Source: Hormiphora californensis
Taxonomy: Eukaryota; Animalia; Ctenophora
Assembly: GCA_020137815.1 (NCBI GenBank)
Contig: CM035352.1
Span: 7,874,001 to 7,938,000 of the forward strand
Direction of reading: 5' to 3'
DNA length: 64,000 bases
Shown: piece by piece, positions 12,826 to 24,300 of the stretch
Layout of the letters: the number at the start of each line of letters is the position of its first letter
Position numbering within the stretch: the first letter of the stretch is position 1
Made by a program: the position numbers and the translations under genes
The notes under the pieces: generated by a model
What the model saw: only the letters and a program-made list of their open reading frames with translations
What the model was told of the DNA's origin: nothing
The model's database searches: none

Positions 12826-15598
12826 ATGATGGACCCCGCTTTTGGATGTACACTGGGAGTCACTACCACCCTGACTATCACCCTGAACACCCTCTTCTTC
12901 CTACAACTCCGCTCCAAACGCACCCCTACAGCCCTCCTCCACCGCTCAGTGGCCCTCTCTGACATGCTCCTCGGACTAGTTTCACTCCTCTCCGCAGCAT
13001 CATTCTTTATCGACAGGACCTTCTCAAGTATATCCTGGCTGTGTCCAATCTTGGCAGCGGGTACTGAGATACTCCCCTCTACAACTCTCTACTCCCTACT
13101 ATTCATCCTGTCTACTAAATGTATTATAATCTATTTCCCACTCCGATCTCGTCATCTCATTACCCATCGGAATGTCTTAATTCCTCTCCTTATTCTCTGG
13201 ATACCCAGGTGTCTGTACGTGGTGACTAGAGTTCTGGTATTCGGATCGGACTACTGGCCCGATATTGGAACCTGCCTGGCGGGACACTTCTTTCTCTGTT
13301 ACAATTTTGTCTGGGTCCTTGGGGTTGCCACATTCCTTCCCCTTCTCCTGATCATCCTGGTAACAGGACTAATAGGTGTAAAGGTGAAGAAGCGACAGAC
13401 AGACAGACAGATCCTGATGAGTGAGGTTAAGAAGGCGGTTGAGAGGAGCAAGAGGGACAGGGATAAGAACTTTGTAGCACGGGTTCACAACCCACTGTAC
13501 TCCGGATCTGATCCGGTTATCCTGCAGTGTTCCACTGAAAATTCATCAACTTCCCGTGTTCCGGTTGGTGGTAAACGACAGCAGCGAAGGGTTAGAGCTC
13601 ACAGTGTAGCCTATACCGGACCTATAAACGGTCTATCCCCGATCTATGCGGCCACCCCCGCCCTTAGAGCCACCTCATCCCTCAGATCACTAAGGGACGA
13701 AGAACAGAGTCTTCCTAACGTGAACCCTGGGATGGTAAAGAGGCTGAAAAGACTCAAGAGTGTGGACAGTACACACAGTTCACACAGTACAGTGGATAGT
13801 ATCCAGGAAGAACCGTGTATAATGACGGATTCTGAGGAGAGTCTGATTCCATCCAATCCCCGACCTAACAAACTCAAGGACTATCTTTCAAAGAAGCACA
13901 GTTTGGTGAGTATAGCCAGTATTGCATCACGCCGGCCCTCCCGACACTCAACCATCAACTCGCCCATATCCCGTTGGAAGAGGGTGTTTGAGGCAACTCG
14001 GAACAGTCCAAAGAAGGACGCCCGTCGAGCTACCGTCACTGTGGTTCGCTGTGAGCCCGGTAGTATGACGGTAGAGCTAGCTGAAAAGCAGCGGAGGTTT
14101 AGCATGAACGAGACTTCTGTTAGGAAGCACGGCGGAGAGATGGAAGGGTATGGTAACAGCTATTAGAACACTACAACCTGCACCTGAAGTTGTCCTCCAG
14201 GTGCCGGAGATAATGATCCAGGTCGATGAGGCAGAAGAGAAGAGAGTCTCCATTACTTCTACAACGCGGGTCAGGGGGCCAGTTGGACAGGTTGTGGTGA
14301 GAGAGATTGCAGCTGTGAACCGGCTAAATGTTAACTGGACCCCTCCAAAGTCCCTGATGACTGCTCCCTGCAAGGTGGTGGAGCTGAAGGTCCCGAAGGC
14401 ACGGGTTATGGTGAAACAAGTGGAGGTGGAGAAGAAAACAACGAAAGAGGAGGTGGAAAAGAAAGTGACACCTCCTGAGAACAAGGATCCATTAGGGAAC
14501 ATGCCGACGGGGAGGTTTAGAAGAACTGCGAATGGGGTTCCTCCTGTGAAACCCAAACTACTCCGCACTTCAAGTAGATCCTCTGTTCCAGGGGCCCAGA
14601 GAGTGGTGACCCGCCGGGTGGGCCGGGTACACGGTCAGGGAAGAAGTCCATTACAGACACAAGTCAGTGCCCCGGCAGCTTCTTCACACCCTACTTCACC
14701 TCCTAAACAGAGGAGACAAGGTGTGATTGCGTGTCCTAATGCTCCCCAACCTACTATCGCTCCAGAGCTACCCTCCTCAACTCCATCACCCCATCTGTTG
14801 GACGTTATTGCACTGAAGTATCACCGAGGGGATGGAGAGGTGAAATCGCTGAGTTGCTACGATTTGGCGTATGAGACAGAAACTGAACGGGATATCGAGG
14901 CTGCACAACAGTTTCTCAACAACTATAAAAACAAGTTCCAGCCCCACATCATTCCAATGTGGACTAAAAGGGGGGATAATACAGTGGTGCATAAAGCACG
15001 GAAACCCATCAAACTACCCCGGGCATTTCGTGTTGTTGAGGACGGGGGAGGGGGGTTTGATCCGATATACCGGACAATTAACAATGGCCCGGTGTTTGTT
15101 ATAAAAAACAAGGAACCTCGATCAGACATTGTAGAGGACAAGAAGGCAACCATGAGGAGATCACTCTCCCAGCCGACTGTACGGCGAGACTTTGTACTAC
15201 TGGGTGAAAACCTGGGCGGTGGTTTCATCGACAGGAAATTGAGTAGGTCTCTACAAAAGAAAATGGAGCTCAGGACAGCTAGTGCTAAGAGTAACCAGAG
15301 TGTGTATTGTCTGGTGATCAGTCTGATGGTAGCACTTGTATCTGTGTTATGCTATGGCCCCATGTTCCTAGTGTGGTTGTTACACGTGGTTAACAGACAC
15401 TCAGATCTCCAGATATCTCACATGGTGGAGGGGTTAACTCGAACATTACCAATTACTGGACCTCTCTTTTTTGTTGTCCTGCCAGTGCTTCATGGCGGGT
15501 TTAACCCACTAATTTTCATTCTCATGGGGTGTAAGAGACTCAAACTCAGCAGTATAAGAAGTTCCGCTAGAAAGCTAAGAAAAAGACGTTCAATGTAG
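12826..15598 (+). CDS. Rhodopsin-class (family A) GPCR-like protein with a very large ICL3; reading frame broken near 14150
   Basis: ORF 12826-14166 has five hydrophobic helices (TM1 TLN, TM2 SVALSD, TM3 end STKCIIIYFPLRSR, TM4 WIP, TM5 FLP). The overlapping ORF 14150-15598 ends with TM6 (LCYGP) and TM7 (FNPLIF) plus a basic tail. Confidence 0.8.
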
Positions 15599-16982
15599 GT
15601 CTCAGGATCTTGTGCACGTGTGATGTTTTAGAGTGTGAGTGTGATATTTATGAGATCTGATTCAAGTACTTGTCTTAACATGCATAAAATTAGTAGTATA
15701 GTGTTTGTGCGTTGTGTGCCAGACCGAATAACAGCAAAACAAAAGGGCAACTATTAGTATTCATCTATCTTTCTCTCTATCTTTCTCTTTCCCTCTCTTC
15801 CCTCTTTCCCTCCCTCTCTATCTTTCCCTCTATCTCTTTCTCTCCCTCTCCCTCTATCTCTTCCTCTCTCCCTCTCTCTCTCCCTCTCTTTACTCTTTCC
15901 CTCTCTCTCTCCCTCTATCTCTTTCTCTCTTCCTCTCTCTGTGTAAATGGGCGGCAGCGGACAAAACACAGACAACAACAACGATAATGACCTCAGATTT
16001 CCGGCTTCCATTTTCGGATAAGTGGAGAGGTTGTGTGAACCACCGGGAGTTCTCTGACATCTCCGCCCACTCTGATCTACTCACTGGCTGCTCCTCGTTA
16101 TCATCTTCACCCTCGTCGTCATCAGGAAACTCTAGTGTCACCTGGATCAAGAATGGAATGGAATGTTAGGTACTATTACTCTACTACTACAGAGTGGATA
16201 ATATCAGATATTGTAGACAGTAGTAGCAACGGATGTAATGAGATAATAGCTCCAACTACTACTGAATATAGGCTCTTACCTTGGCGTGCGGGAAAAGAGT
16301 TTCATCGGCCATATCTGGCTCTCTCTCTCTATCGCTAATCGGTTCTAGAAATTACTGCTACTGCAGAAGATAAAAGTTCATCATCTTGGTAGTTCGGTGG
16401 TAATTTTATAAAATAATCGTAATTACAAATCTTAGGCATATGATAGTGATTCAATGTGGAGTTACTAAGAACAGAAAAAGAGTTTTCAAACATAGCGGAC
16501 GCCGACCTTTGTGCCCCATGATTGAATTTTGGGATCACTGCCCGTGCCCCGTAACGAGGGGTGTCAGCCCAAGAGCACCGTACATATTTAAGAGTATCAA
16601 AATAGGGTACCACAAAACGTTATCCGCTTGTCCAAATGTTTTTAACTCGAATTTCGAACGACCTTCAAACTAATTCTCTTTAATCAATATCATTTTAGGT
16701 GATAATTGATCATTGAAATCATACCAAGATCGTTCTAACGCCAATGAGGGTGATACCGTGAACAACATTGGTGAAAAACGGCGTTTTTCACCAATTCAAA
16801 ACGGTGAAAAACGGTGAAAAACTTACGGTGAAAAAACGGTGAAAAGCAGCAAAAAAGGCACCAACTTTTTTTTAATTTTTTTTTGTTTTTTTTTAATTCA
16901 CTAACCCCAACACCGATTGGCATCACTTTCCGACAGCCGAAGAGAAGCTGCCGAAGAGAGAAAGGGGGTAACCGTATGAAGA

Positions 16983-18107
16983 GTTAATCGCGATGAGTCT
17001 CATTCGGAGCCTGTACATGTTAAGAGCGGAGTTCCCCAAGGGTCAGTTTTGGGACCGATGCTCTTTTTAATATATCTGAATGATATCACAACGGTTGTGT
17101 CAGGAAGTACACTGCGGTGCTTTGCAGATGACACACGAATCATGAAGAGTATTGGAGGAGAAATGGATATGAAAATACTCCAACGGGACCTGGATTCGGT
17201 TACCGAGTGGTCACTGAGAAATAACATGAAACTGCATACGGATAAGTTTGAATTCCTACTGCATGGCGTTTCACGTGACCATCTCATGCACCATCTCCCT
17301 TTTACTGCTGATATCTTGAGCTACAGCACTTCAGCAGGGCTGCTGAAACCTATGTCCTCGGTTAAGGATTTGGGCGTGCTTGTTCATTCTGATCTAACCT
17401 GGTCCGGTCACATCGCTACCATCGCCGAAAACGCTAAGAGGAAAGCAGCATGGGTGTTTAGTGTGTTCAGGACCAGGGATAGAGGGGTTATGGTAACCCT
17501 CTACAAGAGCATGGTAAGAAGCCTGCTGGAATACTGCTGCCCTCTTTGGAATCCTACCAAGATCCAGGATATCCAGGTTTTAGAGGGGGTGCAACGCTCC
17601 TTCACCAGACGGATCTCTGAGTGCAAGGGGATGGATTACTGGCAGAGACTGCAATACCTGGGCCTTAGCTCCCTGCAGCGCAGGAGAGAGAGATACTCCA
17701 TTCTCCACATGTGGAAGATCATGCACGGCCTAGTCTCCAATGACCTCAAAATAAGGTTCACAACTGGAGGCCGACTTGGAGTTCGAGCGGTGGTTCCCAA
17801 ATTAACCAAACTGTCCACTATGGCCAAACAGACAGCATATGACGGATCCTTTGCTGTTATGGGACCACGACTATGGAACTGTTTACCTGCAAAACTTAAT
17901 CAAATTGACGAGTTCCAGGTATTCAAAGTTCAGCTGTCAAGATACCTGACGTCGTTTTCGGACTGTCCCCCAGTTACGGGATATGTACGAAGCTCCAGGA
18001 ACTCTATACTAGACATGAGACTGAACGACGGGGAGTTGCAAGCAAGCGATACCCCGGTCGGAGTGTAAACGGCGGCGAATCATCAGAAGTAACCAGAAGT
18101 AAGTAAC
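16983..18107 (+). mobile_element. 5'-truncated LINE (CR1-group-like RT C-terminal half)
   Basis: SGVPQGSVLGPMLFLIYLND, FADD, LEYCCPLWNP, SLQRRRERY and GPRLWNCLP motifs. Stop at 18068, followed by a short AGAAGTAAC/AAGT repeat tail. The 5' boundary is approximate. Confidence 0.85.
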
Positions 18108-19849
18108 ATAAGGAACCATAATAAAGTTCAAGAGCCTCCAAGAGCACCCAAGAGCGCACCCGATCGAAGAGAGACCACACCTGAGAGCGCACCACACCCA
18201 AAAGAGGCCACATCCAAGAGCTCACCACCTCCAGAAGACACCACTTCGAGAGCGCACCACATCAAAGAGAGCTCCCCATCCAGAAGATACCACGCGCAGG
18301 GGACACCACGCGCAGAAGAGACCAGCGCGGCGTTGTATTTGCGCGTGCGGTCTCTTAAGTTTAAAGTTTAAGTTTAAGTTTACGCACAATTTATCACAAA
18401 GTCACACAATTAATATATAACTTCGTCCCGCTCTTACACCATACACTAATAAAGTGATACAAGGCTGAGAGGTGAAAATATACAGTTCACATCAGCGGTT
18501 TCCTAAAGCGGTTTAAACAATACTTAGAGACAGTGATACACATCCTAGTAGCATTAGATGCACAAAATACGAGGAACAAGGGGTTATAGAAAACAAGGTA
18601 ACGAACTAACAAAACAAGCAGACAAACATAAAAACAGATTAAACAGAATACACAAAGTCACAGACACAACATCAGCAGTCAATACAAAACGGTTAATACA
18701 AAAACATACTAACACACGTACAAACACATTCACAGACAAACAGACAATCACAAACACATACACACAGATTCGGTAATAAATAAATAATAAATTAGCTGTC
18801 CTTCAAACACACACTCACTGAAGAGTCCTTGACAAGTTTTTTATCGAGAAAAACGTATTGAGAAAAACGGTATCCTTGACAAGTTTTTTATCGAGAAAAA
18901 CGTATTGAGAAAAACGGTGTGTATGGTCTTCTTTCTTCATTCTTCGGCATAAAACTCAGCCAGTCTGGAACCTCAGCTACTCAAACTCTGCTAAACAACT
19001 CAGAGGCCAGAAAATGTTAACAATTTACACAAAATGCACACTTGAAAATATTAACTCATTGACTCAGTCATAGGTGGTCCCTCTACTAAGTCTCAGGTAG
19101 ATGTAGGAAGGAATGGTGTAGAAAGTAGGAAGGGATGTAGGAAGGAATATAGGAAGGAATGGTGCAGAGTAGAGACAGTAGGTCAGGTGGGATGTAAGGA
19201 AGCTGGAGAGAGGGTCTGGAAGAAGAGACAGCACCTAGGACACGGGAAACCCAGGAACGAACCAGGTAAGGACAGGGAGGCAGACTATTTAGTTCCATGG
19301 AACTGCAGGAAGAAATGATGTAGGATTGAGAAAGCAGGTCATAGGTGGGATATAGGGGAGCTGTAGTGTGGGTCTGGAAATAGGGCGTGGTGGCAATGGT
19401 AGCGAGAGACAGCAGACAGGACACGAGAACATATGTACGAACCAGGTAAGGACAGGGAGGCAGACTATTTAGTTCCAGGAAGGAATGATGTAGGATTTAG
19501 ACAGCAGGTCATAGGTGGGATATAAGGGAGCTGGAGTGTGGGTCTGGAAGTAGGGTAGTGGTGGCAGTGATAGCGAGAGACAGCAGACAGGACACGGGAA
19601 CCCAGGAACGAACCAGGTAAGGCCAAGGGAGGGATCTATTTCCCAAAAGTTGTGAAACAGGATCAGATTTAGAACCGCATGCAAGGAGTATTATAGGCAG
19701 GGAATAATGAGGCGTTTATGTGCGGAGCTGGAGCCTGGGGGAAAACAACAGATTTACTGTGAAGTTAACTGGACTGGGTGCCCAGGAAATGATGCAGGTA
19801 GATTTGTGCCGGGAAGATGGTGCGGTACTGATATAATGCCGAGTGAGGT

Positions 19850-22795
19850 TTATTCAGGTCCATAAGCCAAAGTAAACATATGGGTTTTCAAGGCCTTTTT
19901 AAACATCGGCAAGGTTTCTGTGGTTCGAATTTCTTTAGGTAGGCGATTCCAGATCCTCGGAGCAGCTATACTAAAAGCTCTCTCAGTGGTTTTGTAGTTG
20001 TAGTTACTGTGTACCTCTTCCAGTCTTGTCGTGTCACAATCGACTCTTAAACTCATCGGTTTTTGTTTCCGTCTTTGTAGCATTTCTGATATGTATCCAG
20101 GCGTCCCATTATTCAGGGATTTGTATACCATCATACAGATCTTATATTCTATTCTGTGTCTAACAGGTAGGAAGTGGGATTTTTTCCGTAGATCTGTTAC
20201 ACCACGTCTGCTACGTTTACCATGGACAAAGCGAGTGGCAGAGTTCTGTAGCTTCTGAAGACGCTTCACATCCTTGTCTTTGAGACCTATCAGTAGAGCG
20301 CTACAATAATCAATCTTTGAGTGTATCAGTGAGTTCACAAGTTGGGTCTTTTGCTTTTTGTTCAGTTTGCCTGCAATTCTCCACATGTTGACGAGTTGGT
20401 AGTTGCACGACTGAACAACTCTGGAGACGTGCTGGGACATCGTGAGTTCGCTATCGACCATGACGCCGAGATTCTTAGCAACTGGTTTGACTTCCGTTTC
20501 TTCTTGTGCAATGTTCAGTGTGGCATCACTGGTAGATTTATCCCATTTGTTTCGTAGGATAAGAACTTCTGTTTTATCCGGATTCAACTTCAACAGGTTC
20601 TGTGTCATCCAGAGACGAATGTGAGACACACAGCTCTGAACTTTCTTTATCACATCATCGAATGTTTCTGGTGTGAAAGCTATCGAAAGTTGAGAATCAT
20701 CCGCATACATGTGCAGGCTGAGACCATATAGTTCCGCTATTTTCTGTAGATCTCTGGTGTATAGTATGAACAAGAGGGGCCCCAGGATGGAACCCTGAGG
20801 AACACCAATGCTGATAGACTTTGCTTCTGACTCGACCGAACCTATCTTTACTCTAGCTGTTCGATTAGTAAGATATGATTCAATCCAGCTCAATACCTTT
20901 CCAGTCACTCCATAATCATGTTTCAGGCGGTGTAGTAGCTTGGCATGAGATATGGTGTCAAAAGCCGCTGAAAGGTCCAGAAGAACTAGGATGACCTTGG
21001 TCTTTTTATCCAGCTGCACAAGTATGTCGTTTACTATCTTGATAGTGGCCGTTTCACAGCTATGTTTCGATCGATAAGCAGATTGAACTTCACTGAACAG
21101 TCCATTACTCTCCACGTAGTCAGTAAGCTGGTCAGCGACGCATTTCTCCAGGACCTTCGAGATGAACGAAAGGTTTGAGATTGGTCGATAACTATTAAGT
21201 TCATCAGGGTCTAGGTCACTGTTTTTGTATGATGGACGAATAACAGCAGACTTTAAGCTATCAGGGACTTCTCCTTTGGTGAGACTGGTGTTCACAATCT
21301 TAGAGACTATTGGAATGAGGGCTGGAAAAGCATCATTGACGAATGAAGTTGGCATAGGGTCCAGGGTACAGTGTTTCTTGTTCATAGCACGGACAGTAGC
21401 AGCCAGCATCGAATCGGAGACAGGTTGAAATTTCGCAAACTTTGGCAACTCTGCATCTGTTTCTAGTCGCGGTGTCAGTTCAGGAAGATCGGCTGTGAAA
21501 TCCGGATCAAGCTGAATTTTCTCATAGATTGCCGCGATCTTGGAAGTGAAAAAGTCGATCATCCGGTCTGGAAGCCCATCTGGATCGTCAGTGGAGGGGA
21601 GTTGGGTCGGTGTCTTTTCCTTTCCGAGCAGGTGGTTTAGGATTTGATACAACGCAGCATGATTTCCGTCTGCTGCCTCTAGACGCTGTTGGAAGAATTC
21701 TCTTCTGGTGCGATTGAATACAGTTTTAGTAAACCGGATCTCAGCTATGAACAACTTTTCAGCTATTAGAACTTTTTCGTGGCAGACTGGTTTGTTCTTT
21801 TGCTTCTGTTTAAGGGCTTTCTTGTACGCTGACTTGTACTTCCGCTCTGCTTTTCGGCGTTTGTGTAGAGCATCATAGCACTCTTGAGTAAACCAAGGGG
21901 GCTTAGAGGCTTCCGAAACAACTTTCTCCTCAATCGGTGCTAACTGGTCAAGTATGTCTTCAAGTATGGTGTTATACAGTTTGACACATTCATCGACTGA
22001 TTCAGGAAGCGGAGATTGACACAGTTTTGATTTCAGAATCATATCCCGCACCAATTCAGTAGAGACTCGTTTCATCGAGCGGCCAGTGATCGTTTTCTTA
22101 TGTTTGATCCCGTTTGCTGAGCCACAATGAATTTTGAAGTCAACTAAGAAGTGGTCGGGTACTTCAGGGGTAGGTGTGACATTCAAAGAGTCAAGAAGTG
22201 GGACATCTTTTGTCAGTACTAGATCAAGGGTGCCCCCGTGGAGGTGAGTCGGTTCTCGAACATGCTGTATCCAACAATGATCCTCAAGTATTTGCAAGAA
22301 ACTTTGGGCAAATGGACAGAGCAGTTTTTCCACGTGAACATTAAAGTCACCAGTTATCAGATGATGTCCAGACTTCGATGAAAACACTGAAAGAAACTCC
22401 TCGAACTCCTCAAGGAAGATCGCCTGTTTGGAAGAATCAGGGGGACGGTAGATAACAGCAACTCTCGTCAGGTCTATTCCAGGTCCATCAAGTATTGCTT
22501 CCAGCAACTCAAAGCTCAAGAAGACTTTACGAGATTTACATAGTTTCACTTTTAGTTCTTTCCTGTAAACAATGGCAACTCCACCACCTCTGCTACCGCG
22601 AGGAACACTGAGCAGCTTGTAGGGGAATTCTTCTATCTCCTTTGATAGAGCAGATTCTTTTGGAGATAGCCAAGATTCGGTTACACACATCACATCTATT
22701 TCCTGATCCATAGTTAGTACCAAGACTTCCTCTGTTTTGTTGCGAATCGAGCAGCAGTTGATGTTTCCGAAACTAAGAGAGGGAACTTTAGACAT
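19850..22795 (-). CDS. LINE ORF2: APE endonuclease + reverse transcriptase (981 aa)
   Basis: NINCCS, TESWL, GGGV, YRPP, GDFN, TLDLV and DH motifs (APE); SYRPISNL, QSAYR, LDLSAAFDT, GVPQGSILGP and YADD (RT). Confidence 0.95.
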   Translation of the reverse strand: MSKVPSLSFGNINCCSIRNKTEEVLVLTMDQEIDVMCVTESWLSPKESALSKEIEEFPYKLLSVPRGSRGGGVAIVYRKELKVKLCKSRKVFLSFELLEAILDGPGIDLTRVAVIYRPPDSSKQAIFLEEFEEFLSVFSSKSGHHLITGDFNVHVEKLLCPFAQSFLQILEDHCWIQHVREPTHLHGGTLDLVLTKDVPLLDSLNVTPTPEVPDHFLVDFKIHCGSANGIKHKKTITGRSMKRVSTELVRDMILKSKLCQSPLPESVDECVKLYNTILEDILDQLAPIEEKVVSEASKPPWFTQECYDALHKRRKAERKYKSAYKKALKQKQKNKPVCHEKVLIAEKLFIAEIRFTKTVFNRTRREFFQQRLEAADGNHAALYQILNHLLGKEKTPTQLPSTDDPDGLPDRMIDFFTSKIAAIYEKIQLDPDFTADLPELTPRLETDAELPKFAKFQPVSDSMLAATVRAMNKKHCTLDPMPTSFVNDAFPALIPIVSKIVNTSLTKGEVPDSLKSAVIRPSYKNSDLDPDELNSYRPISNLSFISKVLEKCVADQLTDYVESNGLFSEVQSAYRSKHSCETATIKIVNDILVQLDKKTKVILVLLDLSAAFDTISHAKLLHRLKHDYGVTGKVLSWIESYLTNRTARVKIGSVESEAKSISIGVPQGSILGPLLFILYTRDLQKIAELYGLSLHMYADDSQLSIAFTPETFDDVIKKVQSCVSHIRLWMTQNLLKLNPDKTEVLILRNKWDKSTSDATLNIAQEETEVKPVAKNLGVMVDSELTMSQHVSRVVQSCNYQLVNMWRIAGKLNKKQKTQLVNSLIHSKIDYCSALLIGLKDKDVKRLQKLQNSATRFVHGKRSRRGVTDLRKKSHFLPVRHRIEYKICMMVYKSLNNGTPGYISEMLQRRKQKPMSLRVDCDTTRLEEVHSNYNYKTTERAFSIAAPRIWNRLPKEIRTTETLPMFKKALKTHMFTLAYGPE

Positions 22796-22797
22796 AT

Positions 22798-24234
22798 CTA
22801 GTTTTTTGCCTGTTCTTCAATGAGGGATAGGCGGAATGGGCACAGCCGTTCTCCACTGTGATGATCTCTGGCTCGTGTTTTAAAAGTTTGAGACTTGTTG
22901 CAATTGACACAGAACTTCTTATCTCGGTTGGTGCAGGTTTTAACATCGTGGTCATCGCCGCAGAGTTTACACACCAGAACAGTGCTAGTACAGTCCGCTG
23001 TTTTGTGTTTAAACCCATGACACTTGAAACACTGTGGTATATGGTATCGTTCAACTACATTCAGTCGGGACCAGGCATAGTACACCTTTCCTGTTTCGAG
23101 AAGACGTTTTTGGAGGGGAATAGGGAGTCTTAAGGCAACTGTACACTTTTCCTTGTTTTGGAAATGGCTTTTTATGTAAACCACAGTAACATCCGGTGAT
23201 ACTAGACATGGGTTTTTCTGTTGCAGAGTAGTGAGTACTCGATCTTTGGCCTCTTCCGTTGTCAAGCTCTCTATATTTTCCGGAACATTGAGAATCGTGA
23301 CCTTGGCAGTTCCAGAGATCACAGACATGATGGCATCCTCGGGAATCGATTTGGTGACCAGATCCTCGACTGCTTCGATATTAGTTGATTCAGGGAAACC
23401 TACCCTGACTTCTGCAGCATGGTTTGTATCCATGAAGAGCATAGGAGTCTTTGCTAGGCAAGTGGTTAGGGTCTTCGAGATGTTCTCAGGGTCATTTGTT
23501 CCACATGAGATTCTTATTCTGTGGGACTTCTCACGGGGCACTGTTGGGGCCGGTGGGGGTGGGGCAGATTTAGGAATCGGCGTTGCTAGAAGTGGCTGCT
23601 TGTTTTGGCGCTGCGTGGGCTTCTTCTGACCGGCAACAAACCATGCAGGTTCTGCGGGAACAATAGTAGCATCTGCTACGTTTGTTGGCTCGAGTTCAGG
23701 CTGTTGGGTAGTGGCAGTGGTTAGGGAGGATTCAATAGGGTTGAATGTGGCTTGGATAGGGTTTAGTGTGGATCCAATCATTTGGGCTACTTTCTCAGCA
23801 ATAGCATTGAGTAACGAGTTGCCGGGTGTTAGTAATTGGGCAGTGTAAATACAAGATGGACAAGTCCAATCAGGTGTTTTGAAAACTTCACTACCTTGGG
23901 GAACGAGGTCTAACGCAGCCACGAGAAATTTCAGTCCAACACACTCAGCATGATAGTCAACATTGCATACCTTGCAGTGCATGACTCCATTGGAATCCTG
24001 TACGTTGCTTCCGCACAGACATGGCTTTGCAGCGGTGGTCATATGGTAGGGAGTGTTAGGTTGGCCGTGAAAGGACACAGGATGTGGAGTGGAGGAAAGG
24101 GCGGTAGGGAAGAGGGTTGTTCCGATCAAGGAGTTCGGTGGGATGTTGGGGTCTTTGGTTTTACATACCGGAGTTGTTGGAGACGAAGGAGACGAAGGGT
24201 AGATGTTGGTCATACTTCGACTTCTCGTGATCAT
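22798..24234 (-). CDS. LINE ORF1: PHD finger plus gag-like CCHC zinc knuckles (about 478 aa from the ATG at 24234)
   Basis: CLC..CKVC..YHAEC..WTCPSC (PHD); CFKCHGFKHKTADC, CKLCGDDHDVKTC and CVNC..H....C knuckles. The ORF-track extension to 24564 runs into MITE and flanking DNA and is not part of the element. Confidence 0.85.
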   Translation of the reverse strand: MITRSRSMTNIYPSSPSSPTTPVCKTKDPNIPPNSLIGTTLFPTALSSTPHPVSFHGQPNTPYHMTTAAKPCLCGSNVQDSNGVMHCKVCNVDYHAECVGLKFLVAALDLVPQGSEVFKTPDWTCPSCIYTAQLLTPGNSLLNAIAEKVAQMIGSTLNPIQATFNPIESSLTTATTQQPELEPTNVADATIVPAEPAWFVAGQKKPTQRQNKQPLLATPIPKSAPPPPAPTVPREKSHRIRISCGTNDPENISKTLTTCLAKTPMLFMDTNHAAEVRVGFPESTNIEAVEDLVTKSIPEDAIMSVISGTAKVTILNVPENIESLTTEEAKDRVLTTLQQKNPCLVSPDVTVVYIKSHFQNKEKCTVALRLPIPLQKRLLETGKVYYAWSRLNVVERYHIPQCFKCHGFKHKTADCTSTVLVCKLCGDDHDVKTCTNRDKKFCVNCNKSQTFKTRARDHHSGERLCPFRLSLIEEQAKN

Positions 24235-24300
24235 CGTCGTCTTTTCTGTTATCACTACTTTAACTTTATCGAGGCGTCTCTTGGCTTTTACTTGACATGC

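Noticed and set aside
18111-18320. A module of about 140 bp apparently shared between the 3' UTR of one LINE and the 5' UTR of another (promoter swap)
   Set aside because: The two copies are the inverted arms of a single TA-flanked MITE split by the second LINE.
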